A stretch of 64,000 nt of DNA, from the IMG/VR virus record IMGVR_UViG_3300027896_000017, positions 1-64,000 of that record; one strand, given 5' to 3'. Below the pieces are notes generated by a model. That model made no database searches and had not been told where the DNA came from. It was given only the letters and a program-made list of their open reading frames with translations. This document shows, in pieces, positions 58,239 through 64,000 of the stretch. Source of the stretch: a virus. Position numbers and translations under genes: made by a program. Each line of letters begins with the position of its first letter. Within the stretch, counting starts at the first letter, position 1.

Positions 58239-58421
58239 ATGAATCCGGTTACAGCGCCCGCAGGAGCATTTGGTAAGGAAGTTATCAATAGCGTCATTTT
58301 TGGCGCTATCGCAGGAATTCTGATGGGGGTCACAGGGAGTGTCGTGACCAAAGCTTTGCAGCCCAGGGTTGACAAAGCAAATCAGGCCACCGGCAAGCCC
58401 GCCGGTGATACCAAGAATTAA
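58239..58421 (+). CDS. small membrane protein
   Basis: GGGAG RBS; promoter motif at 58171; one TM. Confidence 0.6.
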   Translation: MNPVTAPAGAFGKEVINSVIFGAIAGILMGVTGSVVTKALQPRVDKANQATGKPAGDTKN

Positions 58422-58437
58422 TTGGGTGCTGTTAATG

Positions 58438-58470
58438 AAAAGCACCAGAAGAAATTCTGGTGCTTTTTTT
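58438..58470. terminator. bidirectional intrinsic terminator
   Basis: AAAAGCACCAGAA GAAA TTCTGGTGCTTTTTTT. Confidence 0.8.
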
Positions 58471-58492
58471 ACTTAATCTTTTTTTTTACTTA

Positions 58493-59275
58493 TTACGATC
58501 TTATACTTCCTTCACCATGCACATCAACCTGTTGTCCTTTTGCAGGGGTATCATTTGGGGATTTATTATTATTCTGATTTTCTTCATTGTCAGGCGTGAC
58601 TGCTTGCCCTTCATCACCACCCTCCACTTTCTGAAGCATGGTATAATAATCTGCCTTTTCAGCCAAATGATCTAATGCTATCTTTTTTCGAGTGGCAGGA
58701 TCTTCACTATGTTCAGCTTCAACCTCAATACCCATTTCCAGCTGTTGAGGATCAACAGTATTGGGATCTAATCCCTGAGATTTTCCACCTCTTAAAAATT
58801 GAATATACTTACCAGCTAAAATATAAGCAGCGGCTTCGGCTTGAGGAATATCATATCCTTTAGATTCCGCGAATTCATGAAACATTTCATCTGTTGGAGT
58901 AGGGTTCTGTTGAAAAAAATCAAATATCATTTTGGGGTCAATAGCACTTGTTCCTGTAGACGCCGCTTCTTCAGCAGGCTCATTTCCTGTAATCTCTTTT
59001 TCACCATTATTCTGAGGTTTATTTTCTCCAAAGTTTCCTTTATTATTTTGTTCCTTATTTTGTTCTTTACCTTCTGTATTATCTGGTTTCTTATTTTTAT
59101 CTTTGCTTTCATTATCTTGTTTGACTGGTTTGTTTCCCATTCCTTTAGGAGGGAATGGCTTCTTATCTGATCCTTTTTTAGCAGTATTAGATTTATTTGT
59201 TTCAGACTTAGACTGTTTTGATTCATCCGCAGGTATCTCCGCAGCTAATTTGGTTAAAAGATCTGAATTTTCCAT
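58493..59275 (-). CDS. hypothetical protein with DUF5661-like motif
   Basis: GAGGTG RBS before ATG 59275; QLEMGIEVEAEH..IALDHL.E..DYY. Confidence 0.7.
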   Translation of the reverse strand: MENSDLLTKLAAEIPADESKQSKSETNKSNTAKKGSDKKPFPPKGMGNKPVKQDNESKDKNKKPDNTEGKEQNKEQNNKGNFGENKPQNNGEKEITGNEPAEEAASTGTSAIDPKMIFDFFQQNPTPTDEMFHEFAESKGYDIPQAEAAAYILAGKYIQFLRGGKSQGLDPNTVDPQQLEMGIEVEAEHSEDPATRKKIALDHLAEKADYYTMLQKVEGGDEGQAVTPDNEENQNNNKSPNDTPAKGQQVDVHGEGSIRS

Positions 59276-59319
59276 AAGCACCTCTTTTGTGTTAAGTTTA
59301 TATATTTTAACATACTTTA

Positions 59320-62300
59320 CTACCACGTATAATTCCCCGTAACGTACTCGGGGATAGGGTGATTTAACGGATTGCTGATTGATTTCCAACTCTGTGTGGT
59401 TCCTTCTTCAAGAACTTTTGCAATTCTATTGTGGGCCAATCTGGCTATCCAGTCCTCAGATGATTGGGCTTTTGCCTGAATTCCAGTAGGAGTTAAAAAT
59501 GGCTCATGTTTAATTCTGTCTTTAAAAACTTTGATTCTTTTGAATCCCCTTTCATCAAGTTTATTAATAACACTTTCATCTATTTTAGTATTCGCTTTAA
59601 ATGGCCCATAATTTTGAGCCAGATGATCCCCTTCAGTATCATAAATACTTTCTTCTTTTAAATTATTATTATTGTAATGTTCAACAGTCGTTAAAGGCGC
59701 GACGTCACCTTTTAAATAATTAGGATGACTGCCTGGTTCAAGTATTCTTGTGGTATTAGTTAATCCTCTGACTACAGTTTCAATATCGCGTTTATCCAAT
59801 TTACCTTCCATCAATTCATTTATATGATTAACAAGAAATTTTTGAGTTTCAGGCATACCTTTATATTTTAAAATATCATGAGCCGACGGAGTGCCAGTGC
59901 TTAACAGATCGCCGGATTTGACTAAAACACCAGGTTTAACTAATGGTTGATTGTTGGCATCAATATATCGTATTTCTTGTTTTTCTCCATTATCCAAATG
60001 AACATCCCATCCGCCAATGGGAGATTTTTTAATATCTTTTACAACACCATCGATACTCGCCAATGTGGCTTTGTCAGGATTATTTTTAGTAAATCGTAAC
60101 GTATCAAATAATTGATCAAATACTGTAGATCCTGGTTTTTTCTGAATTTGTAATGCGCCTCCGGTATGGAATGCTTTCATCGCCATGTTTAATGAAGGCT
60201 CAGTGATCGTGTGGGCTGAGATGATTCCAATATTATCTCCAATATTAGGTTTTTTTCCATCATAATTTACACCATATGAAAACGAAGAAAAGCCGTCTCC
60301 AGGAGTTGGGTCCGTTATTGGAGACTGAACATAAACTTTTTTAATTCCATGTTGGCTTAATTTATTCGCCACATCAGATGTTACAATATCATTTCGTTTT
60401 GCTATAATTTTTCCATTATCAGCTTTTGCGTCTTGCGCAAGGAACCTGTTTAATATGCCTTTATTGTCATTAATATCATATTCAAAACCTTTATTATCAA
60501 CCGGCTCATCGTGAGTTATTCTGGTTTCATAAATTGAATTAATCAAATCTTTTGTAAGCCATCCAGGCTTTGAAGAAGAAATTGATTTTTTAATATTACC
60601 ACCACGGGCCCCATGTGCAGCAGACCAATATCCAAAAGTATCCAATCCTTCAGAATAAGATTTAGTAATAGGCAGAGGTATAGGTCTATCTTCCGCATCA
60701 GTAACTATTCCAGGCATTAAAGCAATAGCGCTTATATTATCAATACCTTTAGTTCCTCCTGATTTCAAGCCAACGCCTATCATGGTATTTTCGCCATATT
60801 TATTTTCAAGTTCTTTTCTACCCTTCATTGTCATGGAACTGAACGCTTTAACTATAGACATGGGGTCTTTTTTATCTGAATTTTTTTCCGCCTCTCTTAC
60901 AAGAGAATCTCTTAAATCTCTATCAACAACCGTATCTGAAACACCAAGGGTGAAGCCAAAAATAGTAGAATAGTTATTTCCAACATCTTTAATTTTATCG
61001 GCTAATCCTAAAGCAATTTTTCCATTGTGTTTTTTGGTGACATCTCTAATCCACGATTCTACATTTTTACCATTCAATTCGATATCGTATTTTTTTAAAT
61101 CATCAGGAACCACACTGTTAATTTCATGCATACCAAAGGGAGCTTTTTTATCTCCAACCGTTACGGAGTCGGCATAGGTAAATTTATTCTGTTTAAAAGC
61201 ATTACGAGCCTGTTCCAGCGTATCAAATTTTAGACCAGTATCCTGTCCACCTTTACCCTTGGAGACAAGCCAGCTGCCTACAATCATGTCCATTTGAGGT
61301 ACATTAAGAACTGAATCGTATCCAGTTTTAAGCATAGAGGCTGAGGGTTTCATTTTTTCAGCTTCGGCAATGGCTTTGGGGGAAATGGGGACGTGTAACT
61401 GAAAGGTATCAAAAACAGGAATTCCATTTGAACACATAAACGTCATTGGCCCCGGAACGGTAATGTCATATAAACATTGTTTTTTATCAATAAAATTAAC
61501 TTTATCGGCGGTAAGCCATGTTATAGTATTATTATTAACAATTTCAATCCATTCACTTGGCAAACAATTATTAGACATAGAAATTATTTTTTTAGACATT
61601 AATCTCCCAAGCAAACCTTTTCGACAAGCCTTTCTCATTGAATCTCGCATTATTGGATCTTTAATAAATTTTTCGCATTTATCATACAAATCTTTATTCC
61701 AAGGCACCCTATCTACCATATTAATTGTTCTATTGGTAGCCATTGATGAAGATAAAAATTTTCTATATATTAAAGATTTTTCTTTATTCTTAAATATTAA
61801 TTCTTTGCCCCTTATATCAATAGAAGACATGCCAATATTATAATATGAATTATTATTTTTACTATAATAACTTATTAAACATGATATATTTAAACTTTTA
61901 CACATAGTTAAAATTTCGTCGGCAAGACGCAAAGATGTTGTTGCATATCTAAATTTAAAAGATCCATTACTATTAGAAAAGCCTATACTTCCGTCGGTAT
62001 CAAGCATTCCAGATAACAAACCAAGTTTAAATTCTTTAGGGGAAGACATATAACATGGCGGCAAGTGTTTGTTATAACAATTATGCCCAATTATATTTCT
62101 TAAATTTTCTGCCAAAGAAATATTTGATAATGATATATTTTTTCCAATATATTCATTTTTACTATTACAAATTTTCTTTTTATATTCATTAGACCAAAAT
62201 GTTGGTTCTGTTTTTAACAATTTTATAATATTAGATTTAAAAGAATTTTCAATATCTTGATGAATGGTCGCTATGTCGATTTTTTTTCCACTAGTACTAC

Positions 62301-64000
62301 CGTTTCCTATCATGATTCCTAAAAAATATCCAAATTCTTTTGTTAATTCTACACTATCAACACAATTAATAGACATTTTGTTTCTTTTAGAATAATTATT
62401 TAATAAAATATGTGTCACTGATTCCTCAATATTAAGTTGTTTAACTTTAGGTATTTGTTTTCCTACAATTTGTTTAGGGCTAATTTTTTCAAGATTCCAA
62501 GTATTAGTATTTAAATACACTGCACTATGATCGTCAGATAATATTAATGAATTTTTATCAGACATAGTAATTATACATGAGTTTAAATTTGGATGAATAG
62601 AAAAATGAGATACCGGTACAGATATGATTTGTTTTGTTTTATTGTCGATTGTTATAATTTTTATTCCTTTAGGAACCTCATATTCAATATTATTGCTATT
62701 TGTTAGCCGTTGAGTTCCCTCGATTCGGGGGAAATCTTCAATATTAATATGTATAATCTTTTCGCTGTCATTAATAATTAATCTATTTAATGTTGGCATA
62801 CTAACAATCCTTTCTGATAAGTATTTAATTGGATTATAATAAATATACTTATTTGAAAGGAATTGTGCAAGATATTTTTCATGTAAATTATTTAATTTAT
62901 TTCTATCAAAATCTCCGCCAAAATGAATTATTTTCTCATTCTTAATTTCATGTTTAATAATATTAAAATTAACTATAACAAAGACACTTTCCAACCCGCT
63001 ATCTCCGTCAAAATCCCCTCCAAAGTTTTTACTTACCACTACTCCTGGCACCTCTATAGATTTACCTTCTGTCAATATCGGTTTAAATGCAGTCATATTC
63101 CATCTGTGTAATGATGGCGCTCTGTTAGCTATTATTAATCGCTCATCAGCCACAACGTCCCTAGCTCTTTCTGCAACAGAAGTTTTATCTTCTATTTGTT
63201 TTTGTGCTTCAAGAGGCGTATACCCCCAACTCACCATTTTTTTCATTATAAAAGGTCTGAATATTTTAGAAGCCATTTCTTTAGGTATACCCATCTGATC
63301 TCCACCCAAATCTGGATTTAAAATAATAGTGGAGCGACCAACAAGATCCTGGCGTCTTTCTAAAACCTTATCTTGAAAGAAGCCTTCTTTTGATTGATTA
63401 GAACCCGCAATCTGTTCTACAAATCCTTTTTTATTTTTAATTCTATTAAGATATGAAGTTGGCGCTTGAAGGCCGGTAACAGATTTTAAGTCGTTATATA
63501 ACTGCCCCCTGGCTTCGGCTAATTGTAAGTTTTTAATATCCTCATTAGGGATTGATTTATCAAGTTGAGATTTTAAATCTTTTAACGCATTGGCTGTATG
63601 AGCTGTCTGTTGATACAAATCATTTATATCAGACATTATAATGGCGCCATCTCCAGCCATAGGTATCACCGGTCTGTATTTAGAAGGAGTGACCAATACG
63701 TTAGAAACTAAATAATCGGCAGGCTTCATTTTATGTTCTTTTAGTGCCCTTAAATATTTAATTTTTTTATTAAGTTTATCTATTTTTGTTGAATTTCTTT
63801 CATTTTTTAAAGCTTCAGTAGCTTGGTCTAAAGTTTCATTTACATCAATTGCTCCCAACATCGTCTCAAGGGCAGGTCCACCTGAAATGGAATCAGGAGT
63901 TCCAGGGCTAACTAGTTGTCCCGTTTTTTTATTAATAAATTGTTTGCCAGTAATGACGCCTTCCAATTTTATTAAAGGCATATCTAAAAGATTGGCTGCG
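59320..64000 (-). CDS. rpoC: phage DNA-directed RNA polymerase beta' subunit (5' truncated), intein-containing
   Basis: P.KYRP, RR.D..GRS, NRAPSLHR, GGDFDGD catalytic motif, AHGARGG, PGWLT, EP...M.MKAFHTGG. Confidence 0.92.
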   Translation of the reverse strand, partial: AANLLDMPLIKLEGVITGKQFINKKTGQLVSPGTPDSISGGPALETMLGAIDVNETLDQATEALKNERNSTKIDKLNKKIKYLRALKEHKMKPADYLVSNVLVTPSKYRPVIPMAGDGAIIMSDINDLYQQTAHTANALKDLKSQLDKSIPNEDIKNLQLAEARGQLYNDLKSVTGLQAPTSYLNRIKNKKGFVEQIAGSNQSKEGFFQDKVLERRQDLVGRSTIILNPDLGGDQMGIPKEMASKIFRPFIMKKMVSWGYTPLEAQKQIEDKTSVAERARDVVADERLIIANRAPSLHRWNMTAFKPILTEGKSIEVPGVVVSKNFGGDFDGDSGLESVFVIVNFNIIKHEIKNEKIIHFGGDFDRNKLNNLHEKYLAQFLSNKYIYYNPIKYLSERIVSMPTLNRLIINDSEKIIHINIEDFPRIEGTQRLTNSNNIEYEVPKGIKIITIDNKTKQIISVPVSHFSIHPNLNSCIITMSDKNSLILSDDHSAVYLNTNTWNLEKISPKQIVGKQIPKVKQLNIEESVTHILLNNYSKRNKMSINCVDSVELTKEFGYFLGIMIGNGSTSGKKIDIATIHQDIENSFKSNIIKLLKTEPTFWSNEYKKKICNSKNEYIGKNISLSNISLAENLRNIIGHNCYNKHLPPCYMSSPKEFKLGLLSGMLDTDGSIGFSNSNGSFKFRYATTSLRLADEILTMCKSLNISCLISYYSKNNNSYYNIGMSSIDIRGKELIFKNKEKSLIYRKFLSSSMATNRTINMVDRVPWNKDLYDKCEKFIKDPIMRDSMRKACRKGLLGRLMSKKIISMSNNCLPSEWIEIVNNNTITWLTADKVNFIDKKQCLYDITVPGPMTFMCSNGIPVFDTFQLHVPISPKAIAEAEKMKPSASMLKTGYDSVLNVPQMDMIVGSWLVSKGKGGQDTGLKFDTLEQARNAFKQNKFTYADSVTVGDKKAPFGMHEINSVVPDDLKKYDIELNGKNVESWIRDVTKKHNGKIALGLADKIKDVGNNYSTIFGFTLGVSDTVVDRDLRDSLVREAEKNSDKKDPMSIVKAFSSMTMKGRKELENKYGENTMIGVGLKSGGTKGIDNISAIALMPGIVTDAEDRPIPLPITKSYSEGLDTFGYWSAAHGARGGNIKKSISSSKPGWLTKDLINSIYETRITHDEPVDNKGFEYDINDNKGILNRFLAQDAKADNGKIIAKRNDIVTSDVANKLSQHGIKKVYVQSPITDPTPGDGFSSFSYGVNYDGKKPNIGDNIGIISAHTITEPSLNMAMKAFHTGGALQIQKKPGSTVFDQLFDTLRFTKNNPDKATLASIDGVVKDIKKSPIGGWDVHLDNGEKQEIRYIDANNQPLVKPGVLVKSGDLLSTGTPSAHDILKYKGMPETQKFLVNHINELMEGKLDKRDIETVVRGLTNTTRILEPGSHPNYLKGDVAPLTTVEHYNNNNLKEESIYDTEGDHLAQNYGPFKANTKIDESVINKLDERGFKRIKVFKDRIKHEPFLTPTGIQAKAQSSEDWIARLAHNRIAKVLEEGTTQSWKSISNPLNHPIPEYVTGNYTW
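61408..63000 (-). mobile_element. intein with LAGLIDADG homing endonuclease (531 aa)
   Basis: Inserted between GGDFDGD and TFQLHVP; starts with Ser; block B SDDH; FLGIMIGNG and LSGMLDTDG; ends LYDITV..NGIPVFD. Confidence 0.88.
62797..62870 (-). promoter_or_regulatory. sigma70-like promoter + RBS + in-frame ATG inside the intein
   Basis: TTGCAC-17 nt-TATATT; GAAAGGA 8 nt before ATG 62799. Confidence 0.55.

Overview
64 kb of a large AT-rich myovirus-like (jumbo) phage genome, standard genetic code. Positions 1-31.2 kb (+ strand) are an accessory/early region of small ORFs. It includes RNA-repair and translation-rescue genes (RNA ligase, PNK-like kinase, phosphoesterase, nucleotidyltransferase, tmRNA, an intron-containing tRNA-Leu), lysis genes and many structured intergenic RNAs. 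Positions 31.2-56.7 kb (- strand) are a virion module: probable tail tube, sheath and baseplate, DUF2341/LamG adhesins, Gly-X-Ser repeat fibres and a multi-domain glycosyltransferase. The window ends in a phage RNA polymerase beta' gene with an atypical intein. The standout is a lone Cas7/RAMP-like gene (7653-8345) beside three non-coding arrays built from GT-NNN pentamers punctuated by GTAAAT. This is a candidate RNA-guided system with a non-contiguous guide code. Also notable are an integron-like attC cassette array whose ORFs read through the recombination hairpins (1-2.35 kb), a 23S rRNA L1-stalk mimic next to a circularly permuted tRNA-like RNA (57.7-58.1 kb), and a promoter plus RBS hidden inside the intein. 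All family assignments come from motif recognition by eye; no searches were run.
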